This document shows, one piece after another, positions 23,401 through 32,635 of a stretch of 64,000 bases of DNA (the first letter of the stretch is position 1; every line of letters starts with the position of its first letter). The translations under genes were made by a program, and so were the position numbers. The notes beneath the pieces are model-generated. The model searched no databases, was not told the DNA's origin, and saw only the letters and a program-made list of their open reading frames with translations. Source of the DNA: a virus; the IMG/VR virus record IMGVR_UViG_3300008113_000071, positions 34,434 to 98,433 of that record. One strand, given 5' to 3'.

Positions 23401-26400
23401 TTGTTACTCGTGGTTCTCAAATCACTAAGCTTGTTACACTTGACTTCTTAGAAGCTGGTATGCCTACTGACTTTGAAGCTGATGGAGATTTTGATTCTCG
23501 TTTTGCTAAATGGATCACTCTTGATGAAAATAAAAAATTAGAGTCTTCTGAGATTTATAAATTAATCAAAGAGAACCAAGATTTATTAGTTGCTAAAACT
23601 GAAGCAGATTACCAAACTCTTATTAAGAAACTTGGCATTCAACAAACTGTTGTAAATGGTAAGAAAGCATTTGTATTAGGAGATGTAGATAAATTAATTG
23701 ATACATTACGTGATGAGATATTAAAGAGAGAGGTAAATGAAAATATTACTGATGCTCTTAATGGATTTAAACAAGGTGATGTTGTATTAGAAGCTACTCC
23801 TGCATACCAACAAATCAGAAACATCTTATATTCGATTGCAGATAAAACTGTAGTTCGTCCTAAGATCTCTGGTGGTTTGAAAGTTCAAATTCCTTCTACA
23901 CTATTAGAATCAACTCGTGTTAAAGGTAAAGAGTTTACTGATAAAAATGGTAATGTTAAATACTCTTATGAGTCTAATAATTTAAAATTCTATACTAACA
24001 AAGAAGGAAAACGTATTTGTGAGATTATGGTTGGTAGATGGTTCAAGTCAGATAAGACTGATGCAGAACTTCTTAAATACTTTAATGATACTCCTGAAGG
24101 ACAAAAGGTTCTAGAAGGAATTGGATTTCGTATTCCTACACAAAAACAAAACTCTATTGATTCATTTGTTATTAAACAATTCCTTCCAGAAGAATTTGGT
24201 GACTCAGTAGTTATTCCTTCTGAACTTGTAAGAAAAGTGGGATCTGACTTTGACATAGATAAACTTTCTATCTACTTGAAAAATATTTATGTAGATGGTA
24301 AAGGTGATATTAAAGCTGTTCCATATTTTGGTATTGGTGAACAAGCAAAAGCTAAGTTTGCTGATATGTTTGATAGAGGTGAGTTCTTAACTGAAGAACA
24401 AGTTAAACAACTAGACAGATATATTAATGAAGAGAGAGAAAGAGAATTTGATTTAAATTCTCCTGAAGCTAAATTGATTAGAGATATATTCCCAGAAGCA
24501 TTTACTGATGAAGCATTTGCAAAAGAGTTTATAGCTGATCTTGCTAAGAAGGGAATGAAAGAAGGTATTGTTGATAACATGTATGTTAAGTCATTAGAGA
24601 ATCAATACATCCAATCTTTACAAAACCTAGTATCTCATGAGTCAAACTTTGATAACTTAATCAAACCAAACTCTGCAGACCAATTAAAAGATCTTGCAAA
24701 AGACATTAACAAAAAACTTGGAAGAGAAGAAATCGATTACTCTTCTGTAGGAAACATGTTACATAGATCATTCATGTCTAGACTAAGACAAGATTTTGTT
24801 AGTGGTAAATACGCTATTGGTATTGCAGCTGTTTCTCAAACAAACCATGCTCAGAATCAACGTGCTGTTATGTACATTGATACTGATAGATTAAAAACTA
24901 AGAACATCAGTGAAGCAGATAAAAAATGGTTAGGTGATGGTCAAATTAAATTAAAAGAATACAATTCAATATTTGCTAAAGATAAAAAGAGACCTACACT
25001 TTCTATGATTAAGAATGCTGCAGGTGAATACATCTCTGATATCATTGGTCAATTCATTGATGGTTATGTGGATATATCTAAAGGTCCTTGGATCATGGAA
25101 CTTGGTGCTACACCTAATGTTGCATCTACATGGTTGTTCTTAACTAAAATTGGTGTTCCCATTAAGACCACTGCGTATTTCATGAACCAACCAATTGTTC
25201 GTGACTACTTACGTACAGTGGAAAGTGCTGGTTACTCATGGTTATTCATTGACAACTTTGTTGATGACATGATGGAAATCTACACTCCTCAAGAAGATAT
25301 AACAGTTACAGAACTTCCTAATGAGGCTGGACTTGGTGAAATGATTGGTAAGAAAACTAGTCAGCTAAGTAATACTCAAAAGGCACAACAACAATTAATT
25401 CTAGAAGAGTTCTTGAAATATGCTAAGATGGCTGAGCATTTGTTCCAAGTGACGCAAGGTTCTAACTTTGACACTGCAACAATCAATGATCCATATTTGG
25501 TATTCAAGAAACAAATGCAATTGAAGAAAGCACAGAATACAATTATTTCTTCTGTTGATGACATTCTAGATAAATCATTCATTGGATCATTAAAAGATAT
25601 TATCTATGATGTTAGAGATGCGTTCTCAACAATATTAATATCTGATAGAACATCTGATGATACAAGTAAGATTTCTGTAAGAGATGTTATGGAAGCTGTA
25701 TTAGCACCATATACAGATCTTAGTGACAGAGACTTTGTTAAAGTGTCTCAGAAAGCTGTAGCTGACTTATTTGATTGGGCTGTACAAACAGATACAAAAT
25801 TAAATAACTTTATAACTAATGCACTACTTGGAACTGACACTTATGAAAGTGCAGCTAAGAAGGTTATTGAATACAGAGATAAAGTGCTAAAAGATGAAAG
25901 CCATCCTTTACATGATAACTTAATTATCAATTCAATTAAACTAGAACCTGGTTCTAAAAATGGAAAACCTGATAACTTGTATATTGCAGGAAGAGATAAT
26001 AAGGTGTATAATCAGAACCAGACTATAGCTGCATTTCGTGAGCTAAGAGAGCAGTTAAAAGCTGAAGGTAGTGATTTGTATGGTAGACTAGTTAGACTTG
26101 CTGTAATCCAATCTGGTACAACTACATCGCCTATATCTTTTACATCTATTCTTCCTTATGAAGATTTTAAAGCATATTATAATAAAACTTTGTCAGAGTT
26201 AGAAAATTTACCTAACTTAGATGAATTTTATAATCTTCATGTACTTGAGAGAAACAATTGGAATAATACAGACATAGTTCCATTCAAACCATATACATTA
26301 ATTAAAAATAAAAAGGGAGAATTATTTAATCCAAATATGGCATTTGTTGCTAAGAGATTAGTAGGAGCAATGAATAGAAAAGAAATTCCTAAAGTGATTA

Positions 26401-26867
26401 ATATTTCTACACTTTCAAGAGAAGGATCATCTGACTTTGTTGTTTACACTTGGGAGAATAGAATTTCTAAAGCTGATAAAGCCAAAGCTAAAAGAAAAGG
26501 TGATAGATCATATATCAATAAAGGATTATTCCAAAAGGTGTATTACATTAATGAAGATGGACTGAGAGTACCATTAGTGCAAGTTTCTGAATACAACAAT
26601 AAGATTTATAAAAACTTTGTATACAAACATGTTAATGCTTGGGGTGATTCATTCAGAGCTAATGAGTTCTATAACTTTATCAGACCATCTGTATTAGATA
26701 ATGATTTTATTAAAGTGGAAGAGAAGTTTAACGATGAGACTAGTGTGAAGATTTCTTCAGCTGAGGTGGCAGATGATGTAATTGCAAACATATATCTTGC
26801 AGGAACTAAAACTGAACCAAAGATTGAAACAGGAACAGAATTGAAAACTGATGATTTTAAATGCTAA
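14430..26867 (+). CDS. Giant virion-packaged DNA-dependent RNA polymerase polyprotein (crAss-like, phi14:2 gp66-type)
   Basis: GFRIPTQ...SID and VGSDFDIDKL (DFDID at 24246-24260, two-barrel RNAP catalytic motif); ETDGGGY; RGSQITKL; IDGYVDISK; N-terminal hydrophobic helices; zincin-like HEVFE at 20130-20144. Confidence 0.88.
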   Translation: MADNTPIPPLVDRTALEDAFGGYEPQGAPADLPNVAFRGLDKSSATAGTGEPVSILDALENSLTSMPSSVKLTGGGIPRSIAELTSSRYKAYVPGDYNNEDAYAQGQGWTEKMVNSVGKGLLLAGGTFLQGTVGLVNGVGRAAIDGRAASFYDNPENRALDDLYKWSEDFAPVFQTDAYKNLNWYSPSKLFSANFLWDGIVKNLGFAAGAYLSGGVYAAGLKALPLTARLFSVGKAAEALAATEQGLLGANKVADTFGKIKTLSDRFLTSYKLSSVGGRALVAGLSTTGEAGFEAAANLNAFRDKKIQEYVSTYGAEPDGEALAQINREAEAVGNTSFLLNVGLLTATNYIQFPKILGSSYKAERGMVNNLTKEIGELTTDEAGKYIAAPSRLGKVLGTLNKARPYIFSASEGFEEGSQYAIQIGTQDYYNKKSNNEPTTFLDSLSEGITQTLGTNEGMENVLIGGLSGAIMQARGKFSQGREITKNTAAAIEQFSKFKLSDFSKDTIDSVNRGTTIQEEREQQLKEGNVANSKDLEADYIINYLTPRIKYGRFDLVRAEIDDYRALALTDAGFAQLQAEGKALATDTKEQYLERLNGLEATANNVKSLYQSLNLRYGGMVNSKGEEIYSSDVMDKMVYAASKVADYDKRIPQLTSQLTDTSIDVMGIVDELVNDKKSDKFDAAIVELEQGKAITAEEDIQTLQDIGKLSLRRDLFLNEYSELKKSPEKFKEPEPLAETAKVPGAPVETVTIKTKDGDEDIEVGTEYFLGKVTEYSAEGSEVYRFPTLTIVGENEDGTVQIKTSTGEIRNVSKDVLADYKLGKVSDTLNNKKAKYFMDNINTMFEHYGIKDKDGKPEVGRLEYSLKKDKLVFVYKDDSGKIVRREVLNTMFKAAEGYRDAMVREIGKLTATQTESKKAFVEDTTTMSDKLRVRNQIVTDLYENSVKRVQEIEDKLTKNREKLNEIADSLDAASKTKDGKDRKRITKTLKKSINELSSLRNNIEKENNALLGEKNELEVNIPLFKNFIDELASLPEDSKEFVAQLKDDVSTFEDLIDITNDAIKSNNTLLQDIDKTLSDALSVFTDYIKRLREENPGIPLFMDELVAKLEKYQGEEGAKQFIAERLGFTDLVADLESDINDFSAELKLPELTAKADKLSNDIKELRKGLDDLVTQQIARRNILDAFEEFVEKQKQIKLEENKIQADKQLLAQFLGTMDNSVQNNPEPTKGYEAASKKPWQSVVGGTVAPGYKDAEKSFNKRANNFGFKFNSLENKDSIRGVVVTNATQDQIIPGLTEHLIGESGLDPKTVIALVMVQENKDGSYTLVDENGVAIPEGADLLNTAIFQVFPTEKLEATYDGKKESMFRETTPEYVEASLREQYTGWRENELKQTQLGQPQGITASFGIPQYVTRLNEKGIEERNYDARVSAEEAGLVDSEMLTEEPVIAVATNNTSITNGSVTFTTPLGRVFLQIPGGLAKLFNRKFNSKEANTIYDVILQLTKNAVTDGDIKTEKSQRLINWLKSTVYWGIAKNQAGERIPAGYNNVWFEEVNDEDGKPVTKLYISGKGEGFEFTPTSLEENKGEIVTLLQNMYNNTNATMVNQNAWNNPYFEITGIDSNGEPITKKWDNYQTYLLSSEGRTNEEIPLATQFKPITDTAPVNRVGIYFTLDTTVDDYVVPQSAPVVTPMEEAPKAPELPTEFFLAPKTQPEAKSVEAPKQEGFVLDGVKENTVQLGTFGAVTFTLDGKLYNETNGDKGFNPTIPASVTEAVMKAKDVTEEKAQQIIAASVIAKVAPQLESMKLPVVEPIVEFTEEENDEWNNSAPNTPDDTAYRLQLVKEAKQFDTEIWPKVEEFLRTKFPMLPIYRVKNVIQATNGRQAFGMLHNAAIYLQENAQVGTVYHEVFEAVWKMFATPEEKTALIKEFRNREGSYTDRFTGEEIKYSEATEAQLKEEIAEEYRDFELFGKAPDRSNGKSLISRLFSDIVNFFKTFFTGKNAANNTEELFKKMSSGYYAENYNPYIAPLSFANVGVIDIQDAFGGPDAEYRLETIPATQVNEIMQQMTYSTLTDLIKTDKSLFTIASVNKKELYEKLQKELLEIVRWKGSQYESAAAKGELTNEEAAREVGNLKTLYKNIKADWNDIIAKHQEYLKTYSIEFDENDNSILTDENNSGKSDYQAANKIDSFRRANSAIKILLATLPVTEVTNEGVKIKRSSIGGAVLMPSDQVFINLMNQLHDSTNVDDMFDRLRTMALGNPNYASLYKRLTKLAPSEQVDFSKLDDTGLQLVSAFWKSFKRQNADVISVFVLPEGDIVISDSTLSSAAKQSKRDMTANLINTIKGDNKYVKYDPKTFKYNALGAINNVQFTGSQLNGYTDFLKNLGIEFDIKAVRKLNDDQLKMFRKAVEGLKTSISQIEDVATLSTKTLNIDGRMLELGTIQAIIENPTFESTYFNINGERTQNFIGTNALSGLYDVLSKIDNINDLAGTEYAFLLTDVFSKGNSSVMLNKMFNIAKSGGRIKGSEEFMKPVYIDGTINEQKGKSKESSKLNYKERLIQEINLNLSGFYLNLVPGDASMEWAIKMHKEESPFVTEESYLTKDYLNIFKNYFISEVELARDGRKTVKPENSKDLRFFKAILGDALHKQIMTKANLKLSPEEVYENNKKEINAAVEEFIKNDAQDTRELLAGYGAIGYDEDGLYVENLAFGDNITEQSLNTKLQLLSVNYMIANIEMHKLVYSDPYQYSDELKRIKNFNSPRQPLVYGSKKINAAFNKQYNKGYSKDDIGYTDMNRDVFRSSVISDVFTVGSLPGYEIPFEETDGGGYISSKANRIFGIRSGEWTEDNEKQYRYDVAWEKRDKGFDLSKDEQLLLAQGNPNVRSTYTPRKPIVSGSKADGKNYNDIVLDKFALVPLSYRLLKEINADSNAIKLYEKMQRDDVDYVVYNTGRKVGAGITTPLYNEDGSFNNNPFEEINNIPFAIMGVQTEVPSKDTPLVTRGSQITKLVTLDFLEAGMPTDFEADGDFDSRFAKWITLDENKKLESSEIYKLIKENQDLLVAKTEADYQTLIKKLGIQQTVVNGKKAFVLGDVDKLIDTLRDEILKREVNENITDALNGFKQGDVVLEATPAYQQIRNILYSIADKTVVRPKISGGLKVQIPSTLLESTRVKGKEFTDKNGNVKYSYESNNLKFYTNKEGKRICEIMVGRWFKSDKTDAELLKYFNDTPEGQKVLEGIGFRIPTQKQNSIDSFVIKQFLPEEFGDSVVIPSELVRKVGSDFDIDKLSIYLKNIYVDGKGDIKAVPYFGIGEQAKAKFADMFDRGEFLTEEQVKQLDRYINEEREREFDLNSPEAKLIRDIFPEAFTDEAFAKEFIADLAKKGMKEGIVDNMYVKSLENQYIQSLQNLVSHESNFDNLIKPNSADQLKDLAKDINKKLGREEIDYSSVGNMLHRSFMSRLRQDFVSGKYAIGIAAVSQTNHAQNQRAVMYIDTDRLKTKNISEADKKWLGDGQIKLKEYNSIFAKDKKRPTLSMIKNAAGEYISDIIGQFIDGYVDISKGPWIMELGATPNVASTWLFLTKIGVPIKTTAYFMNQPIVRDYLRTVESAGYSWLFIDNFVDDMMEIYTPQEDITVTELPNEAGLGEMIGKKTSQLSNTQKAQQQLILEEFLKYAKMAEHLFQVTQGSNFDTATINDPYLVFKKQMQLKKAQNTIISSVDDILDKSFIGSLKDIIYDVRDAFSTILISDRTSDDTSKISVRDVMEAVLAPYTDLSDRDFVKVSQKAVADLFDWAVQTDTKLNNFITNALLGTDTYESAAKKVIEYRDKVLKDESHPLHDNLIINSIKLEPGSKNGKPDNLYIAGRDNKVYNQNQTIAAFRELREQLKAEGSDLYGRLVRLAVIQSGTTTSPISFTSILPYEDFKAYYNKTLSELENLPNLDEFYNLHVLERNNWNNTDIVPFKPYTLIKNKKGELFNPNMAFVAKRLVGAMNRKEIPKVINISTLSREGSSDFVVYTWENRISKADKAKAKRKGDRSYINKGLFQKVYYINEDGLRVPLVQVSEYNNKIYKNFVYKHVNAWGDSFRANEFYNFIRPSVLDNDFIKVEEKFNDETSVKISSAEVADDVIANIYLAGTKTEPKIETGTELKTDDFKC

Positions 26868-26871
26868 ATAA

Positions 26872-29800
26872 ATGAATACTTGTCAAGTAGGTATAAAGAG
26901 TACAGTTGAAAAATATGTAAGTGGTAAATCCTATTTAGGGTTTAATGGAAAAAACTTTATCCAGATTTTTACATCTGTTAAAGAGAAAGTTAATCCATCT
27001 AACTTTTATGGTGTTGCTACAAGTGTTGCAAACACTTTAAACAAAGCTATCAATTCTGATCTTGTATTAGGAAGAGTATTTTATCCAACACAAACTCCTG
27101 GTGGAGTTGTTGGTGTTTCTATAAACCCAACAGCAGCTCAATTAAATCTATTGAATGCTAAAGAGGAAGCTGAGATTCAAGAAGCATTAGATATGCTTAA
27201 TGCAGAAACTCCTGAACCTGATAGACTTGATATAGAAAATGACTTAGCGTTTGGAGTTGATGAGAGTGGAGATAGTTTCATTGCTTATCAAAATCAAGAA
27301 GTACCAGTTTCTAAAGCTAACTCTGAAACAGTTGCATTAGTAAAAGATGCTGCTGTTAAAATGGGCATTGATATGCAAGCTCTGTCTGATTATGCTAAAG
27401 CTAATCCAGATGTAGATGTTAAAGATGTTAATGGTTTAGCTGATCTTACTAGAGGAGTTATTGCTATTGCTACTGGTAAAGAAGATACTGCAATCACAGA
27501 AGAGGTTGTACATGTTGCTACAGCTATTCTTGAACAAACTAATCCACAACTAATCACTGCACTTATATCTAAGATTGATAGGTTCAAAATCTACAAACAA
27601 GTCTTTGATTCTTATAGTAAACTTAAAGGCTATCAATTACCTAATGGTAAACCTGATATTCGTAAGATTAAAAAGGAAGCTGTAGATAAATTAATAGCTG
27701 AAGCGATTGTTAATCAATCAGAAGGATCTACAGAGTTCCCTGAACTTATGCAGGAAGAAAATAGATCTATGATTAAACAATGGTGGGATACCATCAAAGA
27801 TTATATCAAGGGTGTATATTCTAAAACAAACATTGATTTATTCCAAAAGGCTGGAGTATTAATTACTGAAGGTGAAGTTAATGGAACTGTATCTGATCTT
27901 GTAGAAGGTGGTGTATTCTTTCAAAGAATAGAGAATGCTATTCGTGATGAGTATTACGATAAGGTGATAACTGAGAATAATAAGATGCAGTTAAATCCTA
28001 AGACACCAACTGATAAACGTCATTACACTTATGAAGGAGAACGTGTTACAAAATCTGTAACAGAAAAGGTTGATGAGGGTAAAAAAGAAATAGGTGGAGA
28101 TGAGATTGATAAAATGATTTACGATCAGAAAAAAGACTTTGGTCTTGGAGGACATGATCTTATTGAAAATGAAATACTTACCAACTTAATTGATAAAGAT
28201 GGTTTTGCAAAAAAAGAATTTACAAACACTCCAATTGCTAGTGACTTAAGTCCAGCAATACAAGAAAAGATAAAAGCATTTGCTAGAGAATTAATCCTAT
28301 CATATCCAGAAGGAACTAGATTTCTTATTGAGAAGATGGTTATTAATACTAAAGAGAAAGGCATGCTTGCTTCTAAAGTAGATTTTAAAGCTATCATTCC
28401 TGTTATAAATAAAGAAGGACAACCTGATATTAAGGTGGACACTCTTGACTGGAAGTTTATTGGTATTGACAAAAACAAAACTGAAGATGTTCCTTGGTAT
28501 AAAAGAAAGGATTGGATTGCTCAGATGCTTGAGTATGTGAAGATTGATCGTAACTATGGATTAAGACCAGATCAAACTAGAAAATCTAGAATGGTCCCAT
28601 TCATAGTTAATTATGAATATAACATTCCTGGAGTTCGTAAGAGTGGTGTATATGCTAAGTCTTTAGAGATTGGTAAATTAGATAGCACACAAGAAACAAA
28701 CTTATACTTACTTCCTGTTCCTGTTATCAGTGAAACTACTGGAAACAAAGAAGTTGATAAATTAATTTTAGCTCTAAGAAAACAATGGGAGAAATTATAT
28801 TCAAAACCAGTTACTCCAGAGAATAGAGATGCTAAGAACTTACAACTTAATGAGATTGATAAAGCTATTCGTCACTTACATGTTAAGATTGACTTTGAAC
28901 CTTTATACAATGTAGGTAAAACATTCTTAGATAGTGCAGCTACAACATTTAAATCTTTTGAGAATATTGATTACTCAAACTTATCAGCAGAACAAATTCA
29001 AGAAAAACTTGGAGAACTATTATCATATCAAGCTAGTGCTCAAAAGTTTACAAACTTAGATCAAATCTTCCTATCTCATATTTCTAGAGAGGACATGAGT
29101 CCAGCAGATAAATTAATTCTTTCACGTTTAGAAGATGTTTCTAAAGCTACAGAAAGAATGATGGATAGAATTGAACAAATACAAAAAGATTATGTTGTTC
29201 AATTAGCTCTCAAAGAAGGATTTACAACAGAGACTGAGGGTGATTCTATATTAGATGCTGAGGTTGCAGTGACTGCATTTGCTAAAACATTTTTAGAAGC
29301 ATCAAAACTTTCATCTAAGATTATTAATCTTGCTTCTAATTTATGGTTAAGAGCAAAAAGTTTAACTGACATTAGTGTATCTAATAAGATAGATGATTTT
29401 GAGAAGGTATTAACTCCTGCATTTAATGAAGCTAGAGCAAAAGGTAAAAGCGTATTTGATTTAATTGGTAGAGTTTATAATGGTGAGTTATCACTTAATA
29501 AAAAGATTGACTCTAAGTTCTTAACTGAAATTGATGCAGCAAAAGAAAAAGGAGATAAACAATTTTTCTTAACTAACTTAAACATTGATGAGTATAATAG
29601 ACTTGCTCAGGATATGATTACAAAAGGTGAAGCTGAAATCAATGCTATCACATTCTCATCTAATGAGGAGCAAGATGATGCAGAAAAAACTTATAGAATT
29701 AGTAAGCTTAAAGATTCACTAGATATTACACGACCAACATTTAATGGATATAAAGATTATAAGTTTGGTGAGTTAGTTAAGAAAACATTAATTGAAGAAG

Positions 29801-31911
29801 GTCATTATTCTGAAGAGTATACACAAATGGCTAAGAGTCAAGCTTCTCTTGATTTGTGGAATTTTATTACAGCTCTTAATGATGAAGCAGCTGCTTTAGG
29901 TTTTATTACAAATCAAGGAACATCATTCTTGCCACTTATAGAAGCAAGTGTTTTAGAAAAGATTTCCCAATCTAAAGAATTTTCTGAAACTGCAAAAGAT
30001 ATATTTACTGATCTTTATACAGTGAGAGTTGATGAAGAACAAACATATTCTGCAACTGATAAAGAAACTGGTGAGATCAGAAAACAAATTCCAAAATACT
30101 TTACAAGAACTGATAAAGCAGTAGAACAATTATCTAAAGATGTAACTAAAATTATTCCTCTTTATATTAAAGCCCTACAAGAATATAAGAATGCTAAGAA
30201 TATGGAGAACACTCTTCTTACATTACATTCTGTAGAACAAGCTAAAGGAAGTTTAGTAACTAATGCTGATGGTGATATTATATTTGAAGGTGAGGTTCCT
30301 AAAATTAATGAAACTGAAAATAAGAATGCAGAATTATTACAAACAATTGTAGATGACTCTCTATATGGATTAGGTGAAGATCTTGGAGCATTTGGAAATA
30401 CAAAAATAACTGCTTTTGTAAGTAAGTTTGCTAAGTCTGAAGAAGGTAAACAAAAAGGTATTGTCTCTGCTAAAAAAGGATTAAAGAGTGCTGATACACT
30501 TGTAAGAGCATTAGCTGTAGGTTTAAAACCATTAATTGGTATAGCTAACTGGGCTGGTGGTCAATTTCAAGCTTATATTAATGCTGGTGGATTTTATAAC
30601 TTCTTGGGAGATTTTGAAAAGAATAATTTAATGGTTACATCAGGTGTTGGGTTTACAACATTAAAGAAAGGACTATTAGATATGTTTATTCCTCTTGGAG
30701 AAGATGTTACAGAAGAAAGAATCAAAAAATTAGCTAAAGAACAATCTTATATTAAATGGTTAGGAGCTTGGTCATTTACTGACGTAATGATGGCTACTAA
30801 CTCATTCCCTGAGAGAAAGTTACAATTTGCTAATGCATTGAGTATGCTTGATAACGCAATGGTTGTTGATGGTAAGATTGTAAACATTAGACAATACTTA
30901 TCTAAGCAAGATACAAAAGCTAAATATGATTTGTCTTATACTGAAAGAAAAGCATTAGAAGACTCATTTGAAGATAGAGTTAAAGCTCTAAGAGAATCAT
31001 CATCATTAGAGAAGATTGCTAAGATAGAGAATGATAAAGTTGTTATACCTGGAGTAAGTGATGAAGCAATAGCTAACTATCGTGTTACCATTAGAGAATA
31101 TGGTAGAACATTGAATGGTCAGATGAGTCAAGATAATAAAGCTGGATTTAGAAGAGATTCTTTACTTAGCTCGTTCATGATGTTCAAAACATGGATTCCT
31201 AAATTATTATATTCTCGTGTGGGAGATATTAAAAAGAATGCTGAACTTGATCAATGGGAATATGGTAGAGCAAGAGCTTTCTTGAAAGTGTGGGCTAATG
31301 TAGGACTTTTAAATATCAAATCATTACGTGATGTTTATCTTGGTAATGAAGAAGGTCTAAAAATAATGGATGAACTTCTTGAAGCTAAGAAGGACGAATA
31401 TTATAAAAAGACAGGACAAGTCTTACAGATTACTAATGAGGAGTTTTATGATTTAATGAGAACTCAAATTACTAATCAGATGAAAGAGTTAAAGTTATTG
31501 TTTAGTACAATGGCTCTTGTTATTGCAGCAAAATCTGCTGAACCACCTGAAGATGCAACTGACTTTGAGAAAAACAGATATAAATATTGGGCTAAAGCTT
31601 TAAACAAAATATCTGATGAGGTTAGCTTTTACTATGATCCTAGATCAGCAGACTCTATTACTAGAGGATCTATAATTCCTGCTTTGGGATTATTAGTAAA
31701 ATCTGAACAAGTTATAAATAGTCTTCGTAAAGAAGTTACAGGTTATGTATTGAATGATCAGAAGATGATGGATAAAGCATATCCTACTAAATACTTCTTG
31801 AACATGATTCCTGGAGCTGCTCAATTCCAAAGTGACATATTACCACTTGTTAATCCAGAACTTGCTAAAGAAATGGGTATCAGAGTTACTGCTGAATCAA
31901 GACAGAGATAA
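26872..31911 (+). CDS. Large ejected/cargo protein with degenerate zincin-like and PD-(D/E)XK-like segments
   Basis: 1679 aa following the RNAP; TEEVVHV (EExxH); ASKVDF...LDWKF...AQMLEY; C-terminal MMFKTWIP block. Confidence 0.55.
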   Translation: MNTCQVGIKSTVEKYVSGKSYLGFNGKNFIQIFTSVKEKVNPSNFYGVATSVANTLNKAINSDLVLGRVFYPTQTPGGVVGVSINPTAAQLNLLNAKEEAEIQEALDMLNAETPEPDRLDIENDLAFGVDESGDSFIAYQNQEVPVSKANSETVALVKDAAVKMGIDMQALSDYAKANPDVDVKDVNGLADLTRGVIAIATGKEDTAITEEVVHVATAILEQTNPQLITALISKIDRFKIYKQVFDSYSKLKGYQLPNGKPDIRKIKKEAVDKLIAEAIVNQSEGSTEFPELMQEENRSMIKQWWDTIKDYIKGVYSKTNIDLFQKAGVLITEGEVNGTVSDLVEGGVFFQRIENAIRDEYYDKVITENNKMQLNPKTPTDKRHYTYEGERVTKSVTEKVDEGKKEIGGDEIDKMIYDQKKDFGLGGHDLIENEILTNLIDKDGFAKKEFTNTPIASDLSPAIQEKIKAFARELILSYPEGTRFLIEKMVINTKEKGMLASKVDFKAIIPVINKEGQPDIKVDTLDWKFIGIDKNKTEDVPWYKRKDWIAQMLEYVKIDRNYGLRPDQTRKSRMVPFIVNYEYNIPGVRKSGVYAKSLEIGKLDSTQETNLYLLPVPVISETTGNKEVDKLILALRKQWEKLYSKPVTPENRDAKNLQLNEIDKAIRHLHVKIDFEPLYNVGKTFLDSAATTFKSFENIDYSNLSAEQIQEKLGELLSYQASAQKFTNLDQIFLSHISREDMSPADKLILSRLEDVSKATERMMDRIEQIQKDYVVQLALKEGFTTETEGDSILDAEVAVTAFAKTFLEASKLSSKIINLASNLWLRAKSLTDISVSNKIDDFEKVLTPAFNEARAKGKSVFDLIGRVYNGELSLNKKIDSKFLTEIDAAKEKGDKQFFLTNLNIDEYNRLAQDMITKGEAEINAITFSSNEEQDDAEKTYRISKLKDSLDITRPTFNGYKDYKFGELVKKTLIEEGHYSEEYTQMAKSQASLDLWNFITALNDEAAALGFITNQGTSFLPLIEASVLEKISQSKEFSETAKDIFTDLYTVRVDEEQTYSATDKETGEIRKQIPKYFTRTDKAVEQLSKDVTKIIPLYIKALQEYKNAKNMENTLLTLHSVEQAKGSLVTNADGDIIFEGEVPKINETENKNAELLQTIVDDSLYGLGEDLGAFGNTKITAFVSKFAKSEEGKQKGIVSAKKGLKSADTLVRALAVGLKPLIGIANWAGGQFQAYINAGGFYNFLGDFEKNNLMVTSGVGFTTLKKGLLDMFIPLGEDVTEERIKKLAKEQSYIKWLGAWSFTDVMMATNSFPERKLQFANALSMLDNAMVVDGKIVNIRQYLSKQDTKAKYDLSYTERKALEDSFEDRVKALRESSSLEKIAKIENDKVVIPGVSDEAIANYRVTIREYGRTLNGQMSQDNKAGFRRDSLLSSFMMFKTWIPKLLYSRVGDIKKNAELDQWEYGRARAFLKVWANVGLLNIKSLRDVYLGNEEGLKIMDELLEAKKDEYYKKTGQVLQITNEEFYDLMRTQITNQMKELKLLFSTMALVIAAKSAEPPEDATDFEKNRYKYWAKALNKISDEVSFYYDPRSADSITRGSIIPALGLLVKSEQVINSLRKEVTGYVLNDQKMMDKAYPTKYFLNMIPGAAQFQSDILPLVNPELAKEMGIRVTAESRQR

Positions 31912-31968
31912 TAGCTATATTATATCATCTATTTAATCTTTCATTACTAAAATTACGTTAATTATAAA

Positions 31969-31976
31969 TAAATTTG
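31969..31976 (+). promoter_or_regulatory. Bacteroidota -7 promoter element (TAAATTTG) for a probably leaderless fibre operon
   Basis: TAnnTTTG 6 nt before ATG 31983; -33 element weak. Confidence 0.5.
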
Positions 31977-31982
31977 TATATT

Positions 31983-32624
31983 ATGAGAACTGCTGCTATA
32001 TGCCCCACCTGTGCCACGTATGAGAACGCTATCTGCGTCCTTTATGATGGACCCTACTTACCCTGTACAGGGATAAGTCCATTAGATTCTATTGCTGAAG
32101 CCTTAGCTAAAATTGATGCTGCTATTTGTGCACTTGGTGGAACAACCACCACTAGTACAACTAGTACAACAACAACAGCTGGACCAACAACAACCACCAC
32201 TACTACAATAGCTGGACCAACTACTACCACTACAACTAGTGTTGCACCTACAACAACAACCACTACAACAGCTGCACCTACCACAACTACTACCACCACC
32301 ACTTTAAACTGTGTGTATCCTACATTGGATGAGTTAACAACTGATGGATTTGGTAATATGACCTTAACCTATGATCTTCATGGTTCTACATGTTCAGGTG
32401 TATTTGTAGAATATTCTAGTGATCCTGCCTTTCCTGACCCTGTCTCTGGTCAAATTATTTTTAATGGTTGTAATCTAACATCATATGTGTTATATGTACC
32501 TTCTGAAACTACTCTTTATGTAAGGGTGTCTACAACATGTGGTCAACTTTCACTTATAAGTGATGCACTATCAATTATACCAGGTGTTCCTGCAACAACA
32601 ACAACCACTACTACACTTCCTTAA
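31983..32624 (+). CDS. Thr-rich (mucin-like) virion accessory protein
   Basis: Start reassigned to ATG 31983; Cys-rich N-domain CVLYDGPYL...GI...D...AL.KID shared with the next gene; PTTTTTTT tandem repeats; FN3-like C-terminal beta domain. Confidence 0.65.
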   Translation: MRTAAICPTCATYENAICVLYDGPYLPCTGISPLDSIAEALAKIDAAICALGGTTTTSTTSTTTTAGPTTTTTTTIAGPTTTTTTSVAPTTTTTTTAAPTTTTTTTTLNCVYPTLDELTTDGFGNMTLTYDLHGSTCSGVFVEYSSDPAFPDPVSGQIIFNGCNLTSYVLYVPSETTLYVRVSTTCGQLSLISDALSIIPGVPATTTTTTTLP

Positions 32625-32635
32625 AATATAATACC

